From the NCBI RefSeq assembly GCF_963921235.1, contig NC_086098.1:1178001-1242000 (forward strand): a stretch of 64,000 nt of DNA. Direction: 5' to 3'. The notes under the pieces were generated by a model. It was not told the DNA's origin. It saw only the letters and a program-made list of their open reading frames with translations, and did no database searches. Position 1 is the first letter of the stretch, and each line of letters opens with the position of its first letter. The translations under genes were made by a program, and so were the position numbers. Source of the DNA: Mobula hypostoma. Lineage: Eukaryota. Shown piece after piece: positions 24,701 through 39,700 of the stretch.

Positions 24701-27700
24701 CTGTACACTCTCAATACACACCTACCCTCTCTGTACACTCTCAATACACACCTACCCTCTCCGTACACTCTCAATACCCACCTATCGTCTCCGTGCACTC
24801 TCAATACCCACCTACCCTCTCCGTACACTCTCAATAACCAGCTACCCTCTCCGTACACTCTAAATACCCAGCTACCCTCTCCTACACTCTCAATACTCAC
24901 CTACCCTCTCTGTACACTCTCAATACCCACCAACCCTCTCTGTACACTCTCAATACCCAGCTACCCTCTCCTACACTCTCAATAACCACCTACCCTCTCC
25001 GTACACTCTCAATACCCACCTACTCTCTCCGTACACTCTCAATACACACCTACCCTCTCCGTACACTCTCAATACACACCTACCCTCTCCATACACTCTC
25101 AATACCCACCAACACTCTCCGTGCAGTCTCAATACGCACTGACCTTCTCCGTACACTCTCAATACCCACCTACCCTCTCATACACTCTCAATACCCACCT
25201 ACACTCTCCGTACACTCTCAATACCCACCTATGCTCTCCACACACTCTCAATACCCACATACCCTCTCATACACTCTCAATAACCAGCTACACTCTCCGT
25301 ACACTTTCAATACCCACCTACCCTCTCATACACTCTCAATACCCACCTACCCTCTCCGTACACTCTCAATACACACCTACCCTCTCGACACAATCTCAAT
25401 AACCACATACCCTCTCATACACTCTCAATACCTAGCTACCCTCTCCATACACTCTCAATAACCATCTAATCTCCGTACACTCTCAATACCCACCTACCCT
25501 CTTCATGCACTCTCAATACCCACCTACTCTCTCCGTACACTCTCAATACTCACCTACCCTCTGCGTACACTCTCAATACCCACCTACCCGCTCCGTACAC
25601 TCTCAATACCCAGCTACCCTCTCCGTACATTCTCAATACCCACCTACTCTCTCAGTACACTCTCAATAAACACCTACCCTCTCCGTACACTCTCAATATC
25701 CACCTATCCTCTCCACACACTCTCAATACCCACATACCCTCTCATACACTCTCAATACCCAGCTACCCTCTCCGTACACTTTCAATACCCACCTACCCTC
25801 TACTACACTTTCAATACCCACCTACAATCTCCGTAAACTCTCAATACCCACCTATGCTCTCCACACACTCTCAATACACACATACCCTCTCATACACTCT
25901 CAATACCCAGCTACCCTCTCCGTACACTCTCAATACTCACCTACCCTCTCCGTACACTCTCAATACCCCCCTACCCTCTCCGTACACTCTGAATACCCAC
26001 CTACCCTCTCCGTACACTCTCAATACCCACCTACCCTCTCCACACAATCTCAATAACCACATACCCTCTCATACACTCTCAATACCTAGCTACCCTCTCC
26101 ATACACTCTCAATACCCACCTACTCTCTCCGTACACTCTCAATACCCACCTACTCTCTCCGTACACTCTCAATACCCACCTACCCTCTCCGTACACTCTC
26201 AATACCCACCTACCCTCTCCGTTCACTCTCAATACCCACCTACCCTCTCAGTACACTCTCAATACTCACCTACCCTCTCCGTACACTCTCAATACCAACC
26301 TACCCGCTCCGTACACTCTCAATACCCAGCTACCCTCTCCGTACACTCTCAATACCCACCTACCCTCTCCGTGCACTCTCAATACCCACCTACCCTCTCC
26401 CTACACTCTCAATACCCAGCTACCCTCTCCGTACACTCTAAATACCCAGCTACCCTCTCCTACACTCTCAATACTCACCTACCCTATCTGTACACTTTCA
26501 ATACCCACCTACCCTCTACTACACTTTCAATACCCACCTACAATCTCCGTAAACTCTCAATACCCACCTATGCTCTACACACACTCTCAATACACACATA
26601 CCCTCTCATACACTCTCAATACCCAGCAACCCTCTCCGTACACTCTCAATACTCACCTACCCTCTCCGTACACTCTCAATACCCACCTACCCACTCCGTA
26701 CACTCTCAATACCCACCTACCCTCTCCGTACACTCTCAATACCCACCTACCCTCTCCACACAATCTCAATAACCACATACCCTGTCATACACTCTAAATA
26801 CCTAGCTACACTCTCCATACACTCTCAATAACCATCTAATCTCTGTACACTCTCAATACCCACCTACCATCTCCGTACACTCTCAATACCCACCTACCCT
26901 CTTCGTGCACTCTCAATACCCACCTACCCTCTCCACACACTCTCAATACCCACATACCTTCTCATACACTCTCAATACCCACCTACCCACACCGTACACT
27001 CTGAATACCCACCTAAACTCTGTACACTCTCAATACACACCTACCCTCTCTGTACACTCTCAATACACACCTACCCTCTCCGTACACTCTCAATACCCAC
27101 CTATCGTCTCCGTGCACTCTCAATACCCACCTACCCTCTCCGTACACTCTCAATAACAAGCGACCCTCTCCGTACACTCTAAATACCCAGCTACCCTCTC
27201 CTACACTCTCAATACTCACCTACCCTCTCTGTACACTCTCAATACCCACCTACCCTCTCTGTACACTCTCAATACCCAGCTACCCTCTCCTACACTCTCA
27301 ATAACCACCTACCCTCTCCGTACACTCTCAATACCCACCAACAATCTCCGTACACTCTCAGTACCCACCTACCCTCTCCGTACACTCTCAATACCCACCT
27401 ACCCTCTCCGTACACAGTCAATACCGACCTACACTCTGTGTAAACTCTCAATACCCACCTACCCTCACCGTACACTCTCAATATCAACCTACCCTCTCCA
27501 TACACTCTCAATACCCACCTACCCTCTCCGTGCAGTCTCAATACGCACTGACCTTCTCCGTACACTCTCAATACCCACCTAACCTCTCGTACACTCTCAA
27601 TACCTACCTACACTCTCTGTACACTCTCAAAACCCACCAACTGTCTCCACACACTCTCAATACCCACATACCCTCTCATACACTCTTAATACCCACCGAC

Positions 27701-30700
27701 CCTCTCCGTACACTCTCAATACCCACCTACCCTCTCGTACACTCTCAATACCCACCTACACTCTCCGTACACTATCAATACCCACCTATCCTCTCTGTAC
27801 ACTCTCTCCGTACACTCTCAATAAACACCTACCCTCTCCGTACACTCTCAATACCCACCTATCCTCTCCACACACTCTCAATACCCACATACCCTCTCAT
27901 ACACTCTCAATACCCACCTACCCTCTCTCCTACACTCTTAATACCCACCTGCACTCTCCGTAAACTCTCAATACCCACCTATGCTCTCCACACACTCTCA
28001 ATACCCACATACCCTCTCATACACTCTCAATACCCAGCTACACTCTCCGTACACTCTCAATACTCACCTACCCTCTACGTACACTCTCAATACCCCCCTA
28101 CCCTCTCCGTACACTCTCAATACCCACCTACCCTCTCCGTACACTCTCAATACCCACCTACCCTCTCCACACAATCTCAATAACCACATACCCTCTCATA
28201 CACTCTCAATACCTAGCTACCCTCTCCATACACTCTCAATACCCACCTACTCTCTCCGTACACTCTCAATACCCACCTACTCTCTCCGTACACTCTCAAT
28301 ACCCACCTACCCTCTCCGTACACTCTCAATACCCACCTACCCTCTCCGTGCACTCTCAATACCCACCTACCCTCTCAGTACACTCTCAATACTCACCTAC
28401 CCTCTCCGTACACTCTCAATACCAACCTACCCGCTCCGTACACTCTCAATACCCAGCTACCCTCTCCGTACACTCTCAATACCCACCTACCCTCTCCGTG
28501 CACTCTCAATACCCACCTACCCTCTCCCTACACTCTCAATACCCAGCTACCCTCTCCGTACACTCTAAATACCCAGCTACCCTCTCCTACACTCTCAATA
28601 CTCACCTACCCTATCTGTACACTTTCAATACCCACCTACCCTCTACTACACTTTCAATACCCACCTACAATCTCCGTAAACTCTCAATACCCACCTATGC
28701 TCTACACACACACTCTCAATACACACATACCCTCTCCATACACTCTCAATACCCAGCTACCCTCTCCGTACACTCTCAATACTCACCTACCCTCTCCGTA
28801 CACTCTCAATACCCACCTACCCTCTCCGTACACTCTCAATACCCACCTACCCTCTCCGTACACTCTCAATACCCACCTACCCTCTCCACACAATCTCAAT
28901 AACCACATACCCTGTCATACACTCTAAATACCTAGCTACACTCTCCATACACTCTCAATAACCATCTAATCTCTGTACACTCTCAATACCCACCTACCCT
29001 CTCCGTACACTCTCAATACCCACCTACCCTCTTCGTGCACTCTCAATACCCACCTACCCTCTCCACACACTCTCAATACCCACATACCCTCTCATACACT
29101 CTCAATACCCACCTACCCACACCGTACACTCTCAATACCCACCTAAACGCTGTACACTCTCAATACACACCTACCCTCTCTGTACACTCTCAATACACAC
29201 CTACCCTCTCCGTACACTCTCAATACCCACCTATCGTCTCCGTGCACTCTCAATACCCACCTACCCTCTCCGTACACTCTCAATAACAAGCGACCCTCTC
29301 CGTACACTCTAAATACCCAGCTACCCTCTCCTACACTCTCAATACTCACCTACCCTCTCTGTACACTCTCAATACCCACCTACCCTCTCTGTACACTCTC
29401 AATACCCAGCTACCCTCTCCTACACTCTCAATAACCACCTACCCTCTCCGTACACTCTCAATACCCACCAACAATCTCCGTACACTCTCAGTACCCACCT
29501 ACCCTCTCCGTACACTCTCAATACCCACCTACCCTCTCCGTACACAGTCAATACCGACCTACACTCTGTGTAAACTCTCAATACCCACCTACCCTCACCG
29601 TACACTCTAAATATCAACCTAACCTCTCCATACACTCTCAATACCCACCTACCCTCTCCGTGCAGTCTCAATACGCACTGACCTTCTCCGTACACTCTCA
29701 ATACCCACCTAACCTCTCGTACACTCTCAATACCTACCTACACTCTCTGTACACTCTCAAAACCCACCAACTGTCTCCACACACTCTCAATACCCACATA
29801 CCCTCTCATACACTCTTAATACCCACCGACCCTCTCCGTACACTCTCAATACCCACCTACCCTCTCGTACACTCTCAATACCCACCTACACTCTCCGTAC
29901 ACTATCAATACCCACCTATCCTCTCTGTACACTCTCTCCGTACACTCTCAATAAACACCTACCCTCTCCGTACACTCTCAATACCCACCTATCCTCTCCA
30001 CACACTCTCAATACCCACATACCCTCTCATACACTCTCAATACCCACCTACCCTCTCCGTACACTCTCAATACCCACCTACACTCTCCGTAAACTCTCAA
30101 TACCCACCTATGCTCTCCACACACTCTCAATACCCACATACCCTCTCATACACTCTCAATACCCAGCTACACTCTCCGTACACTCTCAATACTCACCTAC
30201 CCTCTCCGTACACTCTCAATACCCACCTACCCTCTCCGTACACTCTCAATACCCACCTACCCTCTCCGTACACTCTCAATACCCACCTACCCTCTCCACA
30301 CAATCTCAATAACCACATACCCTGTCATACACTCTAAATACCTACCGACACTCTCCATACACTCTCAATAACCATCTAATCTCTGTACACTCTCAATACC
30401 CACCTACCCTCTCCGTACACTCTCAATACCCACCTACCCTCTTCGTGCACTCTCAATACCCACCTACCCTCTCCACACACTCTCAATACCCACATACCTT
30501 CTCATACACTCTCAATACCCACCTACCCACTCCGTACACTCTGAATACCCACTTAAACTCTGTACACTCTCAATACACACCTACCCTCTCTGTACACTCT
30601 CAATACACACCTACCCTCTCCGTACACTCTCAATACCCACCTATCGTCTCCGTGCACTCTCAATACCCACCTACCCTCTCCGTACACTGTCAATAACCAG

Positions 30701-33700
30701 CTACCCTCTCCGTACACTCTAAATACCCAGCTACCCTCTCCTACACTCTCAATACTCACCTACCCTCTCTGTACACTCTCAATACCCACCAACCCTCTCT
30801 GTACACTCTCAATACCCAGCTACCCTCTCCTACACTCTCAATAACCACCTACCCTCTCCGTACACTCTCAATACCCACCTACTCTCTCCGTACACTCTCA
30901 ATACACACCTACCCTCTCCGTACACTCTCAATACACACCTACCCTCTCCATACACTCTCAATACCCACCAACACTCTCCGTGCAGTCTCAATACGCACTG
31001 ACCTTCTCCGTACACTCTCAATACCCACCTACCCTCTCATACACTCTCAATACCCACCTACACTCTCCGTACACTCTCAATACCCACCTATGCTCTCCAC
31101 ACACTCTCAATACCCACATACCCTCTCATACACTCTCAATAACCAGCTACACTCTCCGTACACTTTCAATACCCACCTACCCTCTCATACACTCTCAATA
31201 CCCACCTACCCTCTCCGTACACTCTCAATACACACCTACCCTCTCGACACAATCTCAATAACCACATACCCTCTCATACACTCTCAATACCTAGCTACCC
31301 TCTCCATACACTCTCAATAACCATCTAATCTCCGTACACTCTCAATACCCACCTACCCTCTTCATGCACTCTCAATACCCACCTACTCTCTCCGTACACT
31401 CTCAATACTCACCTACCCTCTGCGTACACTCTCAATACCCACCTACCCGCTCCGTACACTCTCAATACCCAGCTACCCTCTCCGTACATTCTCAATACCC
31501 ACCTACTCTCTCAGTACACTCTCAATAAACACCTACCCTCTCCGTACACTCTCAATATCCACCTATCCTCTCCACACACTCTCAATACCCACATACCCTC
31601 TCATACACTCTCAATACCCAGCTACCCTCTCCGTACACTTTCAATACCCACCTACCCTCTACTACACTTTCAATACCCACCTACAATCTCCGTAAACTCT
31701 CAATACCCACCTATGCTCTCCACACACTCTCAATACACACATACCCTCTCATACACTCTCAATACCCAGCTACCCTCTCCGTACACTCTCAATACTCACC
31801 TACCCTCTCCGTACACTCTCAATACCCCCCTACCCTCTCCGTACACTCTCAATACCCACCTACCCTCTCCGTACACTCTCAATACCCACCTACCCTCTCC
31901 ACACAATCTCAATAACCACATACCCTCTCATACACTCTCAATACCTAGCTACCCTCTCCATACACTCTCAATACCCACCTACTCTCTCCGTACACTCTCA
32001 ATACCCACCTACTCTCTCCGTACACTCTCAATACCCACCTACCCTCTCCGTACACTCTCAATACCCACCTACCCTCTCCGTGCACTCTCAATACCCACCT
32101 ACCCTCTCAGTACACTCTCAATACTCACCTACCCTCTCCGTACACTCTCAATACCAACCTACCCGCTCCGTACACTCTCAATACCCAGCTACCAGCTACC
32201 CTCTCCGTACACTCTCAATACCCACCTACCCTCTCCGTGCACTCTCAATACCCACCTACCCTCTCCCTACACTCTCAATACCCAGCTACCCTCTCCGTAC
32301 ACTCTAAATACCCAGCTACCCTCTCCTACACTCTCAATACTCACCTACCCTATCTGTACACTTTCAATACCCACCTACCCTCTACTACACTTTCAATACC
32401 CACCTACAATCTCCGTAAACTCTCAATACCCACCTATGCTCTACACACACTCTCAATACACACATACCCTCTCATACACTCTCAATACCCAGCAACCCTC
32501 TCCGTACACTCTCAATACTCACCTACCCTCTCCGTACACTCTCAATACCCACCTACCCACTCCGTACACTCTCAATACCCACCTACACCTCTCCGTACAC
32601 TCTCAATACCCACCTACCCTCTCCACACAATCTCAATAACCACATACCCTGTCATACACTCTAAATACCTAGCTACACTCTCCATACACTCTCAATAACC
32701 ATCTAATCTCTGTACACTCTCAATACCCACCTACCATCTCCGTACACTCTCAATACCCACCTACCCTCTTCGTGCACTCTCAATACCCACCTACCCTCTC
32801 CACACACTCTCAATACCCACATACCTTCTCATACACTCTCAATACCCACCTACCCACACCGTACACTCTGAATACCCACCTAAACTCTGTACACTCTCAA
32901 TACACACCTACCCTCTCTGTACACTCTCAATACACACCTACCCTCTCCGTACACTCTCAATACCCACCTATCGTCTCCGTGCACTCTCAATACCCACCTA
33001 CCCTCTCCGTACACTCTCAATAACAAGCGACCCTCTCCGTACACTCTAAATACCCAGCTACCCTCTCCTACACTCTCAATACTCACCTACCCTCTCTGTA
33101 CACTCTCAATACCCACCTACCCTCTCTGTACACTCTCAATACCCAGCTACCCTCTCCTACACTCTCAATAACCACCTACCCTCTCCGTACACTCTCAATA
33201 CCCACCAACAATCTCCGTACACTCTCAGTACCCACCTACCCTCTCCGTACACTCTCAATACCCACCTACCCTCTCCGTACACAGTCAATACCGACCTACA
33301 CTCTGTGTAAACTCTCAATACCCACCTACCCTCACCGTACACTCTCAATATCAACCTACCCTCTCCATACACTCTCAATACCCACCTACCCTCTCCGTGC
33401 AGTCTCAATACGCACTGACCTTCTCCGTACACTCTCAATACCCACCTAACCTCTCGTACACTCTCAATACCTACCTACACTCTCTGTACACTCTCAAAAC
33501 CCACCAACTGTCTCCACACACTCTCAATACCCACATACCCTCTCATACACTCTTAATACCCACCGACCCTCTCCGTACACTCTCAATACCCACCTACCCT
33601 CTCGTACACTCTCAATACCCACCTACACTCTCCGTACACTATCAATACCCACCTATCCTCTCTGTACACTCTCTCCGTACACTCTCAATAAACACCTACC

Positions 33701-36700
33701 CTCTCCGTACACTCTCAATACCCACCTATCCTCTCCACACACTCTCAATACCCACATACCCTCTCATACACTCTCAATACCCACCTACCCTCTCCTACAC
33801 TCTTAATACCCACCTGCACTCTCCGTAAACTCTCAATACCCACCTATGCTCTCCACACACTCTCAATACCCACATACCCTCTCATACACTCTCAATACCC
33901 AGCTACACTCTCCGTACACTCTCAATACTCACCTACCCTCTACGTACACTCTCAATACCCCCCTACCCTCTCCGTACACTCTCAATACCCACCTACCCTC
34001 TCCGTACACTCTCAATACCCACCTACCCTCTCCACACAATCTCAATAACCACATACCCTCTCATACACTCTCAATACCTAGCTACCCTCTCCATACACTC
34101 TCAATACCCACCTACTCTCTCCGTACACTCTCAATACCCACCTACTCTCTCCGTACACTCTCAATACCCACCTACCCTCTCCGTACACTCTCAATACCCA
34201 CCTACCCTCTCCGTGCACTCTCAATACCCACCTACCCTCTCAGTACACTCTCAATACTCACCTACCCTCTCCGTACACTCTCAATACCAACCTACCCGCT
34301 CCGTACACTCTCAATACCCAGCTACCCTCTCCGTACACTCTCAATACCCACCTACCCTCTCCGTGCACTCTCAATACCCACCTACCCTCTCCCTACACTC
34401 TCAATACCCAGCTACCCTCTCCGTACACTCTAAATACCCAGCTACCCTCTCCTACACTCTCAATACTCACCTACCCTATCTGTACACTTTCAATACCCAC
34501 CTACCCTCTACTACACTTTCAATACCCACCTACAATCTCCGTAAACTCTCAATACCCACCTATGCTCTACACACACTCTCAATACACACATACCCTCTCA
34601 TACACTCTCAATACCCAGCAACCCTCTCCGTACACTCTCAATACTCACCTACCCTCTCCGTACACTCTCAATACCCACCTACCCACTCCAAACACTCTCA
34701 ATACCCACCTACCCTCTCCGTACACTCTCAATACCCACCTACCCTCTCCACACAATCTCAATAACCACATACCCTGTCATACACTCTAAATACCTAGCTA
34801 CACTCTCCATACACTCTCAATAACCATCTAATCTCTGTACACTCTCAATACCCACCTACCCTCTCCGTACACTCTCAATACCCACCTACCCTCTTCGTGC
34901 ACTCTCAATACCCACCTACCCTCTCCACACACTCTCAATACCCACATACCTTCTCATACACTCTCAATACCCACCTACCCACACCGTACACTCTGAATAC
35001 CCACCTAAACTCTGTACACTCTCAATACACACCTACCCTCTCTGTACACTCTCAATACACACCTACCCTCTCCGTACACTCTCAATACCCACCTATCGTC
35101 TCCGTGCACTCTCAATACCCACCTACCCTCTCCGTACACTCTCAATAACAAGCGACCCTCTCCGTACACTCTAAATACCCAGCTACCCTCTCCTACACTC
35201 TCAATAATCACCTACCCTCTCTGTACACTCTCAATACCCACCTACCCTCTCTGTACACTCTCAATACCCAGCTACCCTCTCCTACACTCTCAATAACCAC
35301 CTACCCTCTCCGTACACTCTCAATACCCACCAACAATCTCCGTACACTCTCAGTACCCACCTACCCTCTCCGTACACTCTCAATACCCACCTACCCTCTC
35401 CGTACACAGTCAATACCGACCTACACTCTGTGTAAACTCTCAATACCCACCTACCCTCACCGTACACTCTCAATATCAACCTACCCTCTCCATACACTCT
35501 CAATACCCACCTACCCTCTCCGTGCAGTCTCAATACGCACTGACCTTCTCCGTACACTCTCAATACCCACCTAACCTCTCGTACACTCTCAATACCTACC
35601 TACACTCTCTGTACACTCTCAAAACCCACCAACTGTCTCCACACACTCTCAATACCCACATACCCTCTCATACACTCTTAATACCCACCGACCCTCTCCG
35701 TACACTCTCAATACCCACCTACCCTCTCGTACACTTTCAATACCCACCTACACTCTCCGTACACTATCAATACCCACCTATCCTCTCTGTACACTCTCTC
35801 CGTACACTCTCAATAAACACCTACCCTCTCCGTACACTCTCAATACCCACCTATCCTCTCCACACACTCTCAATACCCACATACCCTCTCATACACTCTC
35901 AATACCCACCTACCCTCTCCTACACTCTTAATACCCACCTGCACTCTCCGTAAACTCTCAATACCCACCTATGCTCTCCACACACTCTCAATACCCACAT
36001 ACCCTCTCATACACTCTCAATACCCAGCTACACTCTCCGTACACTCTCAATACTCACCTACCCTCTACGTACACTCTCAATACCCACCTACCCTCTCCGT
36101 ACACTCTCAATACCCACCTACCCTCTCCGTACACTCTCAATACCCACCTACCCTCTCCACACAATCTCAATAACCACATACCCTCTCATACACTCTCAAT
36201 ACCTAGCTACCCTCTCCATATACTCTCAATACCCACCTACTCTCTCTGTACACTCTCAATACCCACCTACTCTCTCCGTACACTCTCAATACCCACCTAC
36301 CCTCTCCGTACACTCTCAAAACCCACCTACCCTCTCCGTGCACTCTCAATACCCACCTACCCTCTCAGTACACTCTCAATACTCACCTACCCTCTCCGTA
36401 CACTCTCAATACCAACCTACCCGCTCCGTACACTCTCAATACCCAGCTACCCTCTCCGTACACTCTCAATACCCACCTACCCTCTCCGTGCACTCTCAAT
36501 ACCCACCTACCCTCTCCCTACATTCTCAATACCCAGCTACCCTCTCCGTACACTCTAAATACCCAGCTACCCTCTCCTACACTCTCAATACTCACCTACC
36601 CTATCTGTACACTCTCAATACCCACCTACCCTCTCCGTACACTCTCAATACCCAGCTACCCTCTCCTACATTCTCAATACCCACCTACCCTCTCCGTACA

Positions 36701-39700
36701 CTGTCAATACCCACCTACCCTCTCCGTACACTCTCAATACCCACCTACCCTCTCCGTACACTCTCAATACCCACCAACAATCTCCGTACACTCTCAGTAC
36801 CCACGTACCCTCTCCGTACACTCTCATTACCCACCTACCCTCTCCGTATACTCTCAATACCCACCTACCCTCTCCGTACACTCTCAATACTCAGCTACGC
36901 TTTCCTACACTCTCAGTACCCACCTACCCGCTCCGTACACTCTCATTACCCACCTACCCTCGCCGTATACTCTCAATACCCACCTACCCACTCCGTACAC
37001 ACTCAATACCCACCTAAACTCTGTACACTCTCAATACACACCTACCCTCTCTGTACACTCTCAATACACACCTACCCTCTCCGTACACTCTCAATACCCA
37101 CCTATCGTCTCCGTGCACTCTGAATACCCACCTACCCTCTCCGTACACTCACAATACCTAGCTACCCTCTCCGTACACTCTAAATACCCAGCTACCCTCT
37201 CCTACACTCTCAATACTCACCTACGCTCTCTGTTCACTATCAATACCCACCTACCCTCTCTGTACACTCTCAATACCCACCTACCCTCTCCGTACACTCT
37301 CAATACACACCTACCCTCTCCGTACACTCTCAATACCCACCTACCCTCTCCGTACACTCTCAATACCCACCAACAATCTCCGTACACTCTCAGTACCTAC
37401 GTACCCTCTCCGTACACTCTCAATACCCACCTACCCTCTCCGTACACACTCAATACCGACCTACACTCTCCGTAATCTCTCAATACCCACCTACCCTCAC
37501 CGTACACTCTCAATATCAACCTACCCTCTCCATACACTCTCAATACCCACCAACACTCTCCGTGCAGTCTCAATACGCACTGACCTTCTCCGTACACTCT
37601 CAATACCCACCTACCCTCTCATACACTCTCAATACCCACCTACACTCTCCGTACACTCTCAATACCCACCTATGCTCTCCACACACTCTCAATACCCACA
37701 TACCCTCTCATACACTCTCAATAACCAGCTACACTCTCCGTACACTTTCAATACCCACCTACCCTCTCATACACTCTCAATACCCACCTACCCTCTCCGT
37801 ACACTCTCAATACACACCTACCCTCTCGACACAATCTCAATAACCACATACCCTCTCGTACACTCTCAATACCTAGCTACCCTCTCCATACACTCTCAAT
37901 AACCATCTAATCTCCGTACACTCTCAATACCCACCTACCCTCTTCATGCACTCTCAATACCCACCTACTCTCTCCGTACACTCTCAATACTCACCTACCC
38001 TCTGCGTACACTCTGAATACCCACCTACCCGCTCCGTACACTCTCAATACCCAGCTACCCTCTCCGTACATTCTCAATACCCACCTACTCTCTCCGTACA
38101 CTCTCAATAAACACCTACCCTCTCCGTACACTCTCAATACCCACCTATCCTCTCCACACACTCTCAATACCCACATACCCTCTCATACACTCTCAATACC
38201 CAGCTACCCGCTCCGTACACTTTCAATACCCACCTACCCTCTACTACACTTTCAATACCCACCTACAATCTCCGTAAACTCTCAATACCCACCTATGCTC
38301 TCCACACACTCTCAATACACACATACCCTCTCATACACTCTCAATACCCAGCTACCCTCTCCGTACACTCTCAATACTCATCTACCCTCTCCGTACACTC
38401 TCAATACCCACCTACCCTCTCCGTACACTCTCAATACCCACCTACCCTCTCCGTACACTCTCAATACCCACCTACCCTCTCCACACAATCTCAATAACCA
38501 CATACCCTGTCATACACTCTAAATACCTAGCGACACTCTCCATACACTCTCAATAACCATCTAATCTCTGTACACTCTCAATACCCACCTACCCTCTCCG
38601 TACACTCTCAATACCCACCTACCCTCTTCGTGCACTCTCAATACCCACCTACCCTCTCCACACACTCTCAATACCCACATACCTTCTCATACACTCTCAA
38701 TACCCACCTACCCACTCCGTACACTCTGAATACCCACTTAAACTCTGTACACTCTCAATACACACCTACCCTCTCTGTACACTCTCAATACACACCTACC
38801 CTCTCCGTACACTCTCCAATACCCACCTATCCCTCTCCGTGCACTCTCAATACCCACCTACCCTCTCCGTACACTCTCAATAACCAGCTACCCTCTCCGT
38901 ACACTCTAAATACCCAGCTACCCTCTCCTACACTCTCAATACTCACCTACCCTCTCTGTACACTCTCAATACCCACCAACCCTCTCTGTACACTCTCAAT
39001 ACCCAGCTACCCTCTCCTACACTCTCAATAACCACCTACCCTCTCCGTACACTCTCAATACCCACCTACTCTCTCCGTACACTCTCAATACACACCTACC
39101 CTCTCCGTACACTCTCAATACACACCTACCCTCTCCGTACACTCTCAATACCCACCTACCCTCTCCATACACTCTCAATACCCACCAACACTCTCCGTGC
39201 AGTCTCAATACGCACTGACCTTCTCGGTACACTCTCAATACCCACCTACCCTCTCATACACTCTCAATACCCACCTACACTCTCCGTACACTCTCAATAC
39301 CCCCCTATGCTCTCCACACACTCTCAATACCCACATACCCTCTCATACACTCTCAATAACCAGCTACACTCTCCGTACACTTTCAATACCCACCTACCCT
39401 CTCATACACTCTCAATACCCACCTACCCTCTCCGTACACTCTCAATACACACCTACCCTCTCGACACAATCTCAATAACCACATACCCTCTCATACACTC
39501 TCAATACCTAGCTACCCTCTCCATACACTCTCAATAACCATCTAATCTCCGTACACTCTCAATACCCACCTACCCTCTTCATGCACTCTCAATACCCACC
39601 TACTCTCTCCGTACACTCTCAATACTCACCTACCCTCTGCGTACACTCTCAATACCCACCTACCCGCTCCGTACACTCTCAATACCCAGCTACCCTCTCC

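Noticed and set aside
32165..32185. Isolated small indels in the array (e.g. CCAGCTA duplicated)
   Set aside because: Single occurrences that cannot be distinguished from slippage or consensus error without reads.
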